This document shows, in pieces, positions 1 to 11,789 of a DNA stretch of 64,000 nt. The position numbers were made by a program, and so were the translations under genes. Below the pieces are notes generated by a model. It was not told where the DNA came from and searched no databases. It saw nothing but the letters and a program-made list of their open reading frames with translations. The stretch lies in assembly GCF_988242995.1 (NCBI RefSeq), contig NZ_OZ547043.1; one strand, 5' to 3'. Positions within the stretch are counted from its first letter, which is position 1. Every line of letters begins with the position of its first letter.

Positions 1-43
1 TGTGCTTTACGCCGCCATTAACCCGGCTATCAGGTACAAGTAA
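1..43 (+). CDS. gsiC: 3' end of glutathione ABC transporter permease GsiC (partial, runs off window start)
   Basis: Open frame ending ...[16 protein letters not shown] at 41-43 immediately upstream of gsiD; synteny with gsiABCD operon. Confidence 0.5.
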   Translation, partial: VLYAAINPAIRYK

Positions 44-45
44 GG

Positions 46-957
46 ATGCGACTATTTAACTGGCGACGTCAGGCGGCGTTAAACGCCATGCCACTGGTCA
101 AACCTGACCAGGTACGTACACCGTGGCATGAATTCTGGCGACGATTTCGCCGTCAGCATATGGCGATGACCGCCGCATTATTCGTTATTTTATTGATTGT
201 AGTGGCCATTTTTGCACGCTGGATCGCTCCCTATGACGCCGAAAATTATTTCGATTATGACAATCTGAATAACGGACCTTCTTTGCAGCACTGGTTTGGC
301 GTTGATTCACTGGGGCGTGACATTTTCAGCCGTGTCCTGGTTGGTGCACAAATCTCGCTGGCGGCGGGCGTGTTTGCCGTGTTTATCGGTGCGGCGATCG
401 GGACGTTGCTGGGCTTGCTGGCTGGATATTATGAAGGCTGGTGGGATCGGCTGATCATGCGCATTTGCGATGTGCTGTTTGCCTTCCCGGGTATTTTACT
501 GGCGATCGCTGTTGTTGCGGTGTTGGGAAGCGGCATTGCTAACGTGATTATTGCAGTCGCCATTTTTTCCATCCCCGCGTTTGCCCGACTGGTGCGCGGC
601 AACACGCTGGTGTTGAAACAGCAAACCTTTATTGAGTCAGCACGCAGTATTGGTGCCAGCGATATGACCATTTTATTGCGTCATATCTTGCCCGGGACCG
701 TCTCGTCTATCGTGGTGTTTTTCACCATGCGCATCGGTACCTCGATTATCTCTGCCGCCAGCCTGTCATTTCTCGGCCTCGGTGCGCAGCCGCCGACACC
801 AGAGTGGGGAGCAATGCTCAATGAGGCACGAGCGGATATGGTTATCGCGCCGCATGTCGCTATTTTTCCGGCCCTGGCTATTTTTCTGACTGTACTGGCG
901 TTCAATTTGTTGGGTGATGGTTTACGCGATGCGCTGGATCCGAAAATTAAAGGATAG
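46..957 (+). CDS. gsiD: glutathione ABC transporter permease GsiD
   Basis: 303-aa ORF; sequence matches my recollection of K-12 GsiD (YliD) full length; ABC permease hydrophobic profile. Confidence 0.93.
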   Translation: MRLFNWRRQAALNAMPLVKPDQVRTPWHEFWRRFRRQHMAMTAALFVILLIVVAIFARWIAPYDAENYFDYDNLNNGPSLQHWFGVDSLGRDIFSRVLVGAQISLAAGVFAVFIGAAIGTLLGLLAGYYEGWWDRLIMRICDVLFAFPGILLAIAVVAVLGSGIANVIIAVAIFSIPAFARLVRGNTLVLKQQTFIESARSIGASDMTILLRHILPGTVSSIVVFFTMRIGTSIISAASLSFLGLGAQPPTPEWGAMLNEARADMVIAPHVAIFPALAIFLTVLAFNLLGDGLRDALDPKIKG

Positions 958-1134
958 TTACGTTTGAATATTGCTTGAAAGGGTAATCACCTCACAGGAA
1001 ATTATTGCCCTAAGCAAGTGTTGTAACTTTCTGCTGATTTTGTAGAATCGGGTAATTTGGTTAAAAAGCCGCAGCAAGGGACTGTTTTTGCAGCGGCACA
1101 GCGTTCAGACAGTTATTTTGTTAAATGTATTAAC

Positions 1135-3483
1135 ATGCTGAGTTTATACGAAAAGATAAAGATAAGGCTGATAATTTTATTTTTATTGGCAGCACTGTCA
1201 TTTATTGGCCTTTTTTTCATCATTAACTATCAACTGGTATCGGAACGCGCGGTAAAACGTGCCGATAGCCGCTTTGAACTTATTCAGAAAAACGTTGGCT
1301 ATTTCTTTAAAGATATTGAACGTTCGGCCCTGACATTAAAGGACTCACTGTATTTATTAAAAAATACAGAGGAGATTCAACGCGCTGTGATCCTTAAAAT
1401 GGAAATGATGCCATTTTTAGACTCGGTGGGACTGGTACTTGATGATAATAAATATTATCTCTTTTCGCGGAGGGCGAATGATAAAATCGTTGTTTATCAT
1501 CAGGAAGAAGTAAATGGACCGCTTGTCGACGAGTCAGGGCGGGTTATTTTTGCCGATTTTAATCCATCGAAACGACCATGGTCGGTGGCTTCAGATGACT
1601 CTAACAACAGCTGGAATCCGGCCTACAATTGCTTTGATCGTCCGGGTAAAAAATGTATCTCTTTTACGCTACGCATCAACGGCAAAGATCACGATTTGTT
1701 AGCGGTGGATAAAATACATGTCGATTTAAACTGGCGATATCTGAACGAGTATCTTGATCAAATCAGCGCTAATGATGAAGTTCTATTTTTGAAACAAGGC
1801 CATGAGATCATTGCCAAGAATCAACTCGCGCGTGAAAAACTGATTATTTATAATAGCGAAGGTAATTATAATATTATTGATTCTGTCGATACTGAATATA
1901 TTGAAAAAACATCAGCGGTGCCAAACAACGCATTATTCGAAATCTATTTTTATTATCCTGGCGGTAATTTATTGAACGCATCAGATAAACTTTTTTATCT
2001 GCCGTTTGCTTTCATTATTATCGTATTGCTGGTGGTTTATTTAATGACCACTCGTGTGTTCCGTCGGCAATTTTCTGAAATGACCGAGCTGGTTAATACG
2101 CTGGCGTTTTTGCCCGACTCAACGGATCAGATCGAGGCTCTGAAAATTCGCGAAGGCGATGCGAAAGAGATTATCAGCATCAAAAATTCGATCGCGGAAA
2201 TGAAAGATGCTGAAATTGAACGGGCAAATAAATTGCTCTCGCTGATCTCTTACGATCAGGAAAGCGGTTTTATTAAAAATATGGCGATTATTGAGTCCAA
2301 CAATAATCAGTATCTGGCTGTGGGGATCATCAAACTGTGTGGTCTGGAAGCTGTGGAAGCGGTGTTTGGTGTTGATGAACGCAATAAAATCGTCAGGAAA
2401 TTGTGTCAGCGAATTGCCGAGAAATATGCGCAATGCTGCGATATCGTGACATTTAATGCCGATCTCTATTTACTCCTGTGCCGGGAAAATGTACAGACGT
2501 TTACCCGTAAGATAGCGACGGTAAACGATTTTGACAGCAGTTTTGGCTACCGCAATCTGCGCATCCATAAGTCTGCTATTTGTGAACCTTTGCAGGGGGA
2601 AAACGCCTGGAGTTACGCAGAAAAGCTGAAACTGGCGATTTCCAGTATCCGCAACCATATGTTCTCAGAGTTTATTTTCTGTGATGACGCGAAACTCAAC
2701 GAAATAGAAGAGAATATCTGGATTGCGCGTAATATTCGCCATGCAATGGAAATTGGCGAACTATTCCTCGTCTATCAACCGATCGTTGATATTAACACCC
2801 GCGCCATTCTGGGCGCGGAGGCGTTGTGCCGTTGGGTGTCTGCGGAGCGGGGGATCATTTCACCGCTAAAGTTCATTACCATTGCTGAAGATATCGGGTT
2901 TATCAATGAGCTGGGTTATCAGATTATTAAAACGGCAATGGGTGAATTCAGACATTTTAGTCAGCGTGCGTCGCTGAAGGATGATTTCTTACTGCATATT
3001 AATGTTTCGCCCTGGCAGTTAAACGAACCACACTTTCATGAGCGTTTTACCACCATCATGGAAGAAAATGGCCTGAAGGCGAACAGCCTCTGTGTTGAGA
3101 TCACTGAAACCGTGATCGAGCGAATTAATGAACATTTTTATCTCAATATTGAACAACTGCGTAAACAAGGAGTACGGATATCGATTGATGACTTTGGCAC
3201 CGGTTTGTCAAACCTGAAACGTTTTTATGAAATTAATCCAGATAGCATAAAGGTGGACTCACAATTTACCGGCGATATTTTCGGTACTGCGGGAAAAATT
3301 GTGCGCATTATTTTCGATCTGGCACGCTATAACCGGATCCCGGTGATTGCGGAAGGCGTAGAGAGCGAAGACGTTGCGCGCGAATTAATCAAATTAGGAT
3401 GTGTTCAGGCTCAGGGGTATCTGTACCAGAAACCCATGCCGTTCTCCGCCTGGGATAAAAGTGGAAAATTAGTAAAAGAGTAG
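1135..3483 (+). CDS. pdeI: c-di-GMP phosphodiesterase PdeI (YliE), membrane-anchored EAL-domain protein
   Basis: ORF track 1057-3483 trimmed to ATG at 1135 ([12 protein letters not shown]...) giving 782 aa as in K-12; N-terminal TM helix, C-terminal EAL-type region (…ELGYQ…, …DDFGTG…). Confidence 0.9.
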   Translation: MLSLYEKIKIRLIILFLLAALSFIGLFFIINYQLVSERAVKRADSRFELIQKNVGYFFKDIERSALTLKDSLYLLKNTEEIQRAVILKMEMMPFLDSVGLVLDDNKYYLFSRRANDKIVVYHQEEVNGPLVDESGRVIFADFNPSKRPWSVASDDSNNSWNPAYNCFDRPGKKCISFTLRINGKDHDLLAVDKIHVDLNWRYLNEYLDQISANDEVLFLKQGHEIIAKNQLAREKLIIYNSEGNYNIIDSVDTEYIEKTSAVPNNALFEIYFYYPGGNLLNASDKLFYLPFAFIIIVLLVVYLMTTRVFRRQFSEMTELVNTLAFLPDSTDQIEALKIREGDAKEIISIKNSIAEMKDAEIERANKLLSLISYDQESGFIKNMAIIESNNNQYLAVGIIKLCGLEAVEAVFGVDERNKIVRKLCQRIAEKYAQCCDIVTFNADLYLLLCRENVQTFTRKIATVNDFDSSFGYRNLRIHKSAICEPLQGENAWSYAEKLKLAISSIRNHMFSEFIFCDDAKLNEIEENIWIARNIRHAMEIGELFLVYQPIVDINTRAILGAEALCRWVSAERGIISPLKFITIAEDIGFINELGYQIIKTAMGEFRHFSQRASLKDDFLLHINVSPWQLNEPHFHERFTTIMEENGLKANSLCVEITETVIERINEHFYLNIEQLRKQGVRISIDDFGTGLSNLKRFYEINPDSIKVDSQFTGDIFGTAGKIVRIIFDLARYNRIPVIAEGVESEDVARELIKLGCVQAQGYLYQKPMPFSAWDKSGKLVKE

Positions 3484-3490
3484 TTTACGT

Positions 3491-4819
3491 ATGTCCAGAA
3501 TCAATAAGTTCGTACTTACAGTCAGTCTGCTGATTTTTATCATGATTTCAGCAGTTGCCTGCGGGATCTACACTCAAATGGTAAAGGAACGGGTGTATGG
3601 CCTGAAACAGTCCGTTATTGATACTGCTTTTGCGGTGGCAAATATTGCTGAATATCGGCGTAGCGTGGCAATTGATCTCATCAACACGCTAAACCCCACG
3701 GAGGAACAGCTGTTGGTTGGTTTGCGCACAGCTTACGCCGACTCGGTTTCACCCTCTTATTTGTACGATGTCGGTCCTTATCTGATTTCCAGTGACGAAT
3801 GTATTCAGGTAAAGGAGTTCGAGAAAAATTATTGTGCAGATATTATGCAGATTGTGAAGTATCGACATGTCAAAAATACAGGGTTTATCTCTTTTGACGG
3901 TAAAACCTTCGTCTATTACCTCTATCCGGTAACTCATAATCGTAGTCTGATATTTTTGCTTGGTCTGGAGCGTTTTTCTTTACTGTCAAAATCGCTGGCG
4001 ATGGATAGCGAGAACCTGATGTTCTCTCTGTTTAAGAACGGTAAACCGGTGACCGGTGATGAATATAATGCTAAAAACGCCATCTTCACCGTTTCGGAAG
4101 CGATGGAGCACTTCGCCTATTTGCCGACCGGATTGTACGTATTTGCGTATAAAAAAGATGTTTATTTGCGGGTCTGTACATTGATTATTTTCTTTGCCGC
4201 ATTGGTGGCAGTGATATCGGGTGTCAGTTGCCTCTATCTGGTACGCAGAGTGATTAATCGTGGTATTGTGGAGAAAGAAGCCATCATTAATAACCATTTT
4301 GAACGCGTACTGGATGGCGGGCTTTTCTTTTCAGCTGCCGATGTCAAAAAACTCTACAGTTTGTATAACTCGGCGTTCCTGGATGACCTGACCAAAGCAA
4401 TGGGCAGAAAATCCTTTGACGAAGATTTAAAAGCGCTGCCGGAAAAAGGCGGTTATTTGTGCCTGTTTGACGTCGATAAATTCAAAAACATCAACGACAC
4501 CTTCGGTCATTTGCTGGGCGATGAAGTGTTGATGAAAGTGGTGAAAATCCTTAAATCACAGATCCCCGTAGATAAAGGTAAAGTCTACCGCTTCGGCGGT
4601 GACGAATTTGCGGTGATTTATACGGGTGGAACGCTGGAAGAGTTGCTATCGATTCTAAAAGAAATTGTTCATTTCCAGGTGGGAAGCATTAATTTAAGCA
4701 CCAGTATCGGTGTAGCGCATTCAAATGAATGTACTACCGTTGAACGCTTGAAAATGCTGGCGGATGAGCGGCTGTATAAGAGTAAGAAAAACGGCAGGGC
4801 GCAGATTAGCTGGCAGTAG
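3491..4819 (+). CDS. dgcI: diguanylate cyclase DgcI (YliF), membrane GGDEF protein
   Basis: 442-aa ORF, N-terminal TM segments, C-terminal GGDEF-like region (RFGGDEF at ...[14 protein letters not shown]). Confidence 0.9.
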   Translation: MSRINKFVLTVSLLIFIMISAVACGIYTQMVKERVYGLKQSVIDTAFAVANIAEYRRSVAIDLINTLNPTEEQLLVGLRTAYADSVSPSYLYDVGPYLISSDECIQVKEFEKNYCADIMQIVKYRHVKNTGFISFDGKTFVYYLYPVTHNRSLIFLLGLERFSLLSKSLAMDSENLMFSLFKNGKPVTGDEYNAKNAIFTVSEAMEHFAYLPTGLYVFAYKKDVYLRVCTLIIFFAALVAVISGVSCLYLVRRVINRGIVEKEAIINNHFERVLDGGLFFSAADVKKLYSLYNSAFLDDLTKAMGRKSFDEDLKALPEKGGYLCLFDVDKFKNINDTFGHLLGDEVLMKVVKILKSQIPVDKGKVYRFGGDEFAVIYTGGTLEELLSILKEIVHFQVGSINLSTSIGVAHSNECTTVERLKMLADERLYKSKKNGRAQISWQ

Positions 4820-4888
4820 AATTAGAATAGTGTTAGTACCCCTTAATCAAGGGGTACTAATGAATGTGGTAAATCATTTGCAAACATT

Positions 4889-5218
4889 TTACTTTGCAAA
4901 AACTTCCGGCCCTTTTATTGCCAATGTATTCAAAATACGTAATGCCGGGCCGCTCGGTTTTATTTCATTACGTTCCCATTTCGAGACACTTTCTTTTGAC
5001 ATTCCCATTGTATGTGCCAGCACGGATTGTGACATGCCGTATCGGGTGCGGATGGCTTTGATCTCTTCACCCGTCATTGATTTGACTTTGGCTATACGGG
5101 CGCTGACTTCACGAGCTTTGACCATGACGGCAATGGCATCAACTTCACTATCAGACATCAGGCCCAGTGCATTCAGTTCCTTTGCATCTTCCAGCATCAT
5201 TTGTAATTTATCGCTCAT
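4889..5218 (-). CDS. XRE-family helix-turn-helix antitoxin (HigA-like)
   Basis: 109-aa ORF with HTH segment (IRTRYGMSQSVLAHTMGMSKESVSKWERNEIKPSGPALRILN); lies downstream of and overlaps the toxin ORF by 11 bp; this locus is not in K-12 gene order (yliF and rimO are adjacent b-numbers). Confidence 0.8.
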   Translation of the reverse strand: MSDKLQMMLEDAKELNALGLMSDSEVDAIAVMVKAREVSARIAKVKSMTGEEIKAIRTRYGMSQSVLAHTMGMSKESVSKWERNEIKPSGPALRILNTLAIKGPEVFAK

Positions 5219-5594
5219 TTTTCACCTCAATCAAAAAGCCAGTTTCGATCAAATCCTCTATTTGCTTATTGCTAAAGGCCAGAAATGCATTTGCCATTTT
5301 TTTGTAGGCCGCCAGTTCATCATCTTCGATTTCTTTGGTTCCTTTACTGCTTAGACCACTCTTGGACCAACCATCATAAAAAAACACATGATTTGCTGAT
5401 TTAAAAAAGATAATTGTTCTGGCTCCACCACTCTTTCCTTGTTGGAGGGGTAAACGTTTTTTGATGACACCGCTACCTAAATCAGCCTCCCATATGCCCT
5501 GCATCACTTCTTCAGCGGCAGCCATGAGAACTTTATCGTGAATACCAAGTTTTTTCGTGCTTTGGCTGAATCGTCTTGCCTTATACACACCCAT
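5208..5594 (-). CDS. RelE/ParE-superfamily toxin (HigB/Gp49-like)
   Basis: 128-aa ORF, toxin-first arrangement, motif ...KRLPLQQGKSGGARTIIFF...FFYDGWSKS... typical of Gp49/HigB-like toxins; SD AAGGATGG ~8 nt upstream of ATG. Confidence 0.75.
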   Translation of the reverse strand: MGVYKARRFSQSTKKLGIHDKVLMAAAEEVMQGIWEADLGSGVIKKRLPLQQGKSGGARTIIFFKSANHVFFYDGWSKSGLSSKGTKEIEDDELAAYKKMANAFLAFSNKQIEDLIETGFLIEVKNER

Positions 5595-5609
5595 ACATCC
5601 ATCCTTGTG

Positions 5610-5635
5610 GTAATGTTTACTATAGTAACCATTAC
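5610..5635 (-). promoter_or_regulatory. Imperfect 26-bp palindrome (12-bp arms) just upstream of the toxin start; candidate TA operator overlapping promoter
   Basis: gtaatgtttact-at-agtaaccattac read directly; position 15-40 bp upstream of toxin ATG; TA operons are typically autoregulated via such operators. Confidence 0.45.
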
Positions 5636-5819
5636 GCTTATTTCAAGTAATTGCGATCAAAACTTTAATTTGGTGTGAAAAAGTGAGAGTTGCCTCGAGT
5701 ACGATTCATTTTTCTCGATTTATGCGTCAGGGGATTTTGTGCGTAAGGGTAGGACATCGGGAAGGGCAGCAGAGGCAGATCGAAGAACAATATCCTTGTT
5801 AGATCTGCCTTAAGATTAA

Positions 5820-7145
5820 TTAAACCCGGCTACCCCACAAATCGTACTCATCGGCGTGCTCGACTTTCACACGCAGGATATCACCCGGCTTAACGTTGGT
5901 TTCACCATTGAGATAAACCGCGCCGTCGATTTCCGGTGCATCTGCCATGCTGCGACCAATCGCGCCTTCTTCGTCCACTTCGTCGATAATCACCAGAATT
6001 TCACGGCCCACTTTCTCTTGCAGGCGCTCGGCGGAAATCTGCTGCTGCAGCTGCATGAAACGGTTCCAGCGTTCTTCTTTCACTTCTTCCGGAACCTGGT
6101 CAGGCAGGGCATTGGCGTCTGCACCTTCAACCGGGCTGTATTTAAAGCAGCCAACGCGATCCAGACGCGCTTCTTTCAGGAAGTCGAGTAGCATCTGGAA
6201 ATCTTCTTCCGTCTCGCCAGGGAAGCCGACAATAAAGGTTGAGCGTAGGGTCAGTTCCGGGCAGATTTCGCGCCACTGTTTGATGCGCGCCAGTTGGCGA
6301 TCTACAGAACCCGGACGCTTCATCAGTTTGAGAATGCGCGGGCTGGCGTGCTGCAACGGAATGTCCAGATACGGCAGGATTTTGCCTTCTGCCATCAGTG
6401 GGATGACGTCGTCCACATGCGGATAAGGGTAAACGTAGTGCAGACGTGTCCAGATCCCCAGTTTCGATAACTGTTCGCACAGGCTGACCATGCTGGTTTT
6501 TACCGGCTCGCCGTTGTGGAAGCCAGTACGATGTTTAACATCAACGCCATAGGCGGAAGTATCCTGCGAGATCACCAGAATCTCTTTAACGCCAGCATCT
6601 ACCAGACGTTTCGCTTCACTTAACACTTCGCCAATCGGACGGCTCACCAGGTCGCCGCGCATAGACGGAATAATGCAGAAGGTGCAGCGGTGATTACAGC
6701 CTTCAGAAATTTTCAGATAGGCATAATGACGCGGCGTCAGTTTCACGCCTTGTTCTGGCACCAGGCTCAGGAATGGGTTGTGTTTCGGTTTTGGCACGTA
6801 GTGATGAACGTGCTCCAGAACCTGCTCATAGCTATGAGGCCCGGTGATTTCCAGCACTTTCGGGTGGACTTCGCGGATCTGATCTTCTTTTGCCCCCAGA
6901 CAACCGGTCACAATTACCTTGCCGTTTTCATTCAACGCTTCACCAATGGCTTCCAGTGATTCTTGTACCGCGCTGTCAATAAAGCCGCAGGTGTTGACGA
7001 TCACCATGTCCGCATCGTCATAGCTCGGTACCACGTCATAACCTTCAGTGCGTAGTTCGGTGAGAATACGCTCTGAATCAACAAGGTTTTTCGGACAGCC
7101 AAGGGAAACAAAGCCGATTTTCGGCTGGGGAGTTACTTTGCTCAT
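5820..7145 (-). CDS. rimO: ribosomal protein S12 methylthiotransferase RimO
   Basis: 441-aa ORF, radical-SAM CxxxCxxC ([10 protein letters not shown]) and MTTase N-terminal cysteines; matches K-12 RimO. Confidence 0.95.
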
Positions 7146-7357
7146 AGCTTAAAAAATATTCAGTTACAGGAAAGGTCAGGGCAGGGATTCTACAGAGTTC
7201 TGGATAAAATTTGTATCGCAATCTCATTCGCTGGCGGAGGCGAAGGAAATGTAAATTTTGTTAATTCGGCGTGAAGAATTGATCCTGGACAGCATTTTGC
7301 TCAAAAAATAGCCATACTATTTAATTGCAACAAGGCTGGAAAGAGGAGGATCGAAGT

Positions 7358-7741
7358 ATGTTCGTTGACAGACAGCGAATCGATCTGCTGAACCGGTTGA
7401 TCGACGCACGCGTTGACCTCGCCGCATACGTGCAACTGAGGAAGGCAAAAGGATACATGTCCGTCAGCGAAAGCAATCATCTACGAGATAACTTTTTTAA
7501 ACTGAATCGCGAACTGCACGATAAATCGCTGCGGTTGAATCTTCATCTGGATCAGGAAGAGTGGAGTGCTCTTCATCATGCTGAAGAAGCATTAGCGACA
7601 GCCGCAGTATGTTTGATGAGTGGGCACCATGATTGCCCGACTGTTATTACCGTCAACGCCGATAAGCTTGAAAATTGTCTGATGAGCTTAACGCTGAGTA
7701 TCCAGAGCCTGCAGAAGCACGCCATGCTTGAGAAGGCCTGA
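7358..7741 (+). CDS. bssR: biofilm regulator BssR
   Basis: ORF trimmed to ATG at 7358 (MFVDRQRIDLL...), 127 aa, SD GAGGAGGA upstream. Confidence 0.88.
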   Translation: MFVDRQRIDLLNRLIDARVDLAAYVQLRKAKGYMSVSESNHLRDNFFKLNRELHDKSLRLNLHLDQEEWSALHHAEEALATAAVCLMSGHHDCPTVITVNADKLENCLMSLTLSIQSLQKHAMLEKA

Positions 7742-7851
7742 AAACTAAGGGGGAGAAAGCGTCTCCCCCTTCATGTTTAAGTTTTTGTAAAAATGAATTT
7801 GTTATCTCCTCCACTGACTACGCTTTAAGCCAGAGTCAATCCGGAGGCGTT

Positions 7852-8912
7852 ATGCATCGACAATCCTTTTTCCTTGTGCCCCTTATTTGTCTTTCTTCCG
7901 CTCTCTGGGCGGCTCCTGCAACGGTAAATGTCGAAGTACTGCAGGACAAACTCGACCATCCCTGGGCGCTGGCCTTTTTACCCGACAATCACGGTATGTT
8001 AATCACTCTGCGCGGCGGCGAGTTGCGTCACTGGCAAGCAGGAAAAGGATTATCTGCGCCGCTTTCCGGAGTGCCGGAAGTTTGGGCGCACGGGCAGGGT
8101 GGCCTGCTGGATGTGGTTTTAGCGCCTGATTTTGCTCAGTCTCGCCGCATCTGGTTAAGTTATTCCGAAGTTGGCGATGATGGCAAAGCCGGAACTGCTG
8201 TGGGTTATGGCCGCTTAAGTGATGATCTCTCAAAGGTGACCGACTTCCGCACCGTCTTTCGCCAGATGCCAAAACTGTCTACCGGCAACCATTTTGGCGG
8301 GCGGCTGGTATTCGACGGTAAAGGTTATCTTTTTATTGCTCTGGGCGAAAACAATCAGCGCCCGACGGCGCAGGATCTGAATAAATTACAGGGCAAACTG
8401 GTGCGTCTGACCGACCAGGGCGAAATCCCGGATGATAATCCTTTTATAAAGGAATCCGGTGCGCGCGCCGAGATCTGGTCTTATGGCATTCGTAATCCGC
8501 AAGGAATGGCGATGAAATTAATATCCCGCAAAAAGGCAAAAACTACGGCTGGCCGCTGGCAACCTGGGGAATCAACTATTCAGGCTTTAAGATACCGGAA
8601 GCGAAAGGGGAGATCGTCGCCGGGACCGAGCAACCTGTTTTTTACTGGAAAGATTCGCCCGCCGTGAGCGGCATGGCCTTCTATAACAGCGATAAATTCC
8701 CCCAGTGGCAGCAAAAATTATTTATTGGCGCGCTGAAAGATAAAGATGTCATTGTGATGAGCGTCAACGGCGACAAAGTGACAGAAGATGGCCGTATTTT
8801 AACGGACAGAGGGCAGCGAATTCGTGATGTTCGCACTGGACCCGACGGTTATTTATACGTTCTCACCGACGAGTCCAGTGGGGAATTACTTAAAGTTAGC
8901 CCACGCAATTAG
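7852..8912 (+). pseudogene. yliI: yliI (soluble aldose sugar dehydrogenase) disrupted by frameshift
   Basis: Two overlapping ORFs (7852-8667 and 8664-8912) carry the N- and C-terminal parts of one protein; total span 1061 bp is not a multiple of 3; frame switches just after ...NPQGMAM (~8518). Confidence 0.7.
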
Positions 8913-9535
8913 CTAACGGGAATCATCACCACTTTGCGCACTGCTGGGCGTTCAGTGAGTTGCTGATACCAGCGTTGCAGATTTGGACGCGGTGTCCAGG
9001 TCAGGCCAACGTTAAACAAATTGTAGATGAACGGAGCGATAGCGATATCGCCCACACCAAACTCGTCGCCAGAGAACCATTTTACTTTTGCCAGTTCCGC
9101 ATCGAGCAGGGCAAACAGGGCGTCGCACTCTTTACAACTGGCATCAATGGCGGCCTGATCGCGCTCTTCCGGTGGTGTTCTGACTAATCCCATCAGGATC
9201 CCGCGATGAGCATTACTGAGCGTCTGGTTTGCCCAGTCCATCCATTTTTCTGCTTCCGCACGACGTGCCGGTGAGTCGATCCACAGGCGTTTTTGCCCGT
9301 ACTGTGCCGCCAGATAGCGGACAATGGCGTTTGATTCCCAAAGAATGAGATCACTTTCGTCGTCACGCAACAACGGCACCAGCCCGTTAGGGTTCATCGC
9401 CAGAAAATCAGCATCGTGATTTATCCCAAACTCACGGCCCGCGAGAATTTGCTCATAAGGTAGTTCCAGTTCTTCGAGCGTCAGCAATACTTTTTTTACG
9501 TTGGTTGAATTATTCCGACCCCACAGCGTAATCAT
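8909..9535 (-). CDS. gstB: glutathione S-transferase GstB
   Basis: ORF trimmed to [12 protein letters not shown]..., 208 aa, GST fold motifs. Confidence 0.9.
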
Positions 9536-9781
9536 ACTCACCCCTTTTCCGACAGGCAGCCACAGGCTGAACAGGACTCCGATGGTGAAGTAAAGTTAAC
9601 TTTTAAGCAACAGCTGGCAAAAAAATGACACCAGAAGCAGCGAAGCGGCAGGATATTGCATAAACTTTAAAAACTTTACCAACTTACGGTTTCTTTAAGT
9701 TTGTGTGTGCGTTATTAATCACCGAACTTATCATACGGCGATATAACGTATTTTTTTTGAATGGATACTCGGGTGGCATTT

Positions 9782-10984
9782 ATGACGCAATACTCCTCTC
9801 TCCTTCGTGGTCTTGCAGCGGGTTCTGCATTTTTATTCCTTTTTGCCCCAACGGCATTCGCGGCGGAACAAACCGTTGAAGCGCCGAGCGTGGATGCGCG
9901 TGCATGGATTTTAATGGATTACGCCAGCGGTAAAGTGCTGGCAGAAGGCAATGCGGATGAAAAACTGGACCCCGCGAGCCTGACTAAAATCATGACCAGC
10001 TATGTGGTTGGGCAGGCGCTTAAGGCCGATAAGATTAAACTCACCGATATGGTGACGGTCGGTAAAGATGCCTGGGCGACGGGAAATCCGGCACTGCGTG
10101 GTTCATCGGTAATGTTCCTTAAACCGGGCGATCAGGTTTCAGTGGCAGACCTGAACAAAGGTGTGATTATCCAGTCCGGTAATGACGCCTGTATTGCGCT
10201 GGCCGATTACGTTGCCGGGAGCCAGGAGTCATTTATTGATCTGATGAATGGTTATGCCAAAAAACTGGGTCTGACCAACACTACCTTCCAGACGGTGCAC
10301 GGTCTGGATGCGCCGGGGCAGTTCAGTACCGCGCGCGATATGGCATTGCTGGGTAAAGCATTAATCCACGATGTGCCGGAAGAGTACGCCATTCATAAAG
10401 AGAAAGAGTTCACCTTCAACAAAATTCGACAGCCTAACCGTAACCGTCTGCTATGGAGCAGCAATCTGAATGTTGATGGCATGAAGACAGGAACCACGGC
10501 AGGCGCGGGATATAATCTGGTTGCTTCGGCTACCCAGGGCGATATGCGTTTGATCTCCGTAGTACTGGGTGCGAAAACTGACCGTATCCGTTTTAATGAG
10601 TCTGAGAAATTATTGACCTGGGGTTTCCGCTTCTTTGAAACCGTGACGCCAATTAAACCTGATGCCACCTTTGTGACTCAGCGCGTCTGGTTTGGTGATA
10701 AGAGCGAAGTGAATCTCGGGGCAGGTGAAGCGGGCTCAGTGACCATACCGCGTGGGCAGCTGAAAAACCTGAAAGCGAGCTACACGTTAACGGAACCGCA
10801 GCTTACCGCACCGCTGAAAAAAGGTCAGGTTGTCGGGACCATTGATTTCCAGCTTAACGGTAAATCCATTGAGCAGCGTCCGCTGATCGTGATGGAAAAT
10901 GTGGAAGAGGGCGGATTCTTTGGGCGGATGTGGGATTTCGTTATGATGAAATTCCATCAGTGGTTCGGCAGCTGGTTCTCTTAA
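9782..10984 (+). CDS. dacC: D-alanyl-D-alanine carboxypeptidase DacC (PBP6)
   Basis: ORF trimmed to [10 protein letters not shown]..., signal peptide, SxxK (SLTK), SGN and KTG motifs. Confidence 0.93.
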   Translation: MTQYSSLLRGLAAGSAFLFLFAPTAFAAEQTVEAPSVDARAWILMDYASGKVLAEGNADEKLDPASLTKIMTSYVVGQALKADKIKLTDMVTVGKDAWATGNPALRGSSVMFLKPGDQVSVADLNKGVIIQSGNDACIALADYVAGSQESFIDLMNGYAKKLGLTNTTFQTVHGLDAPGQFSTARDMALLGKALIHDVPEEYAIHKEKEFTFNKIRQPNRNRLLWSSNLNVDGMKTGTTAGAGYNLVASATQGDMRLISVVLGAKTDRIRFNESEKLLTWGFRFFETVTPIKPDATFVTQRVWFGDKSEVNLGAGEAGSVTIPRGQLKNLKASYTLTEPQLTAPLKKGQVVGTIDFQLNGKSIEQRPLIVMENVEEGGFFGRMWDFVMMKFHQWFGSWFS

Positions 10985-11030
10985 TCTTCTGATAACCGGA
11001 TGGCGCGAAACGTCATCCGGTAATACGTCA

Positions 11031-11789
11031 TTAATACATCAACTTAATACGCTGCGTCTGCGCGTACTTCACATACTCATCTTCCGGGCAACAATCGCTC
11101 ACCACAATATCAAAGCGTTTCAGGTCACCCATGCGTGCCGGACGCACCTTGCCAAATTTACTGTGGTCGACAACCAGCACATGCTTTTGCGCCATCGACA
11201 TGGCCCAGTGTTTTACCGGCAACTCTTCAAGATTAAAACAGGTAGCGCCCTTACTGACATGCACCCCCGCCGCGGAATAAAAAGCGATATCCGGGCAAAA
11301 ATTATTCAGCGTTTGCTGAAAATCGATGGGTTTGAAAATGGCGTTACTGGCGTGAAATTCACCACCGCAAAGAAACGCGCGGCAATGGGGTTTCTCTTTC
11401 AGCGCCAGAAAGGTATTTAGCGAATAACAAACGGCGGTGAAAGGGATTTCATTATCAATCGCTTCAATAATCCACGGTGTGGTGGTGCCACAGTCAAAAA
11501 AGAGGGTCTGATCGGGTTCTACCAGCGTCGCAGCCAGTTTTGCCGCCCGACGTTTTTCTTCCACCAGGCGGGATTTTTGATCGCTTAACAGGTAATGGCT
11601 GGCGCTGCGCGGTTCCAGAACAATATAGCCGCCGAGCAAAACGACGGGCGCACTGTGGTTGTTCAGATCGCGACGAATCGTCATCTCCGAAACCCCAAGC
11701 AGGGCGGCGGCGTCTTTAAGATGTAACTTATCGCTGCGTTTTAATTCTTGCAGCAGCTGCCCGATACGCTCTTCGCGACGTGTTTCCAT
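11031..11789 (-). CDS. deoR: DNA-binding transcriptional repressor DeoR
   Basis: 252-aa ORF, N-terminal HTH, DeoR sugar-binding C-terminus; matches K-12 DeoR. Confidence 0.93.
   Translation of the reverse strand: METRREERIGQLLQELKRSDKLHLKDAAALLGVSEMTIRRDLNNHSAPVVLLGGYIVLEPRSASHYLLSDQKSRLVEEKRRAAKLAATLVEPDQTLFFDCGTTTPWIIEAIDNEIPFTAVCYSLNTFLALKEKPHCRAFLCGGEFHASNAIFKPIDFQQTLNNFCPDIAFYSAAGVHVSKGATCFNLEELPVKHWAMSMAQKHVLVVDHSKFGKVRPARMGDLKRFDIVVSDCCPEDEYVKYAQTQRIKLMY

Noticed and set aside
1057-1134. N-terminal extensions in ORF-track calls (pdeI, bssR, dacC, mdfA, potF, potG, potI, artJ, artP, trxB, clpA, macA, cspD, lysO, ybjS, ybjT and others)
   Set aside because: Longest-ORF artefacts; internal starts chosen where a Met/GTG with SD and/or the recalled K-12 N-terminus fits.
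4764-5354. 196-aa plus-strand ORF overlapping the toxin-antitoxin genes
   Set aside because: Antisense to the compact TA module, which has clear RBS, overlap and domain signatures; low-complexity translation.
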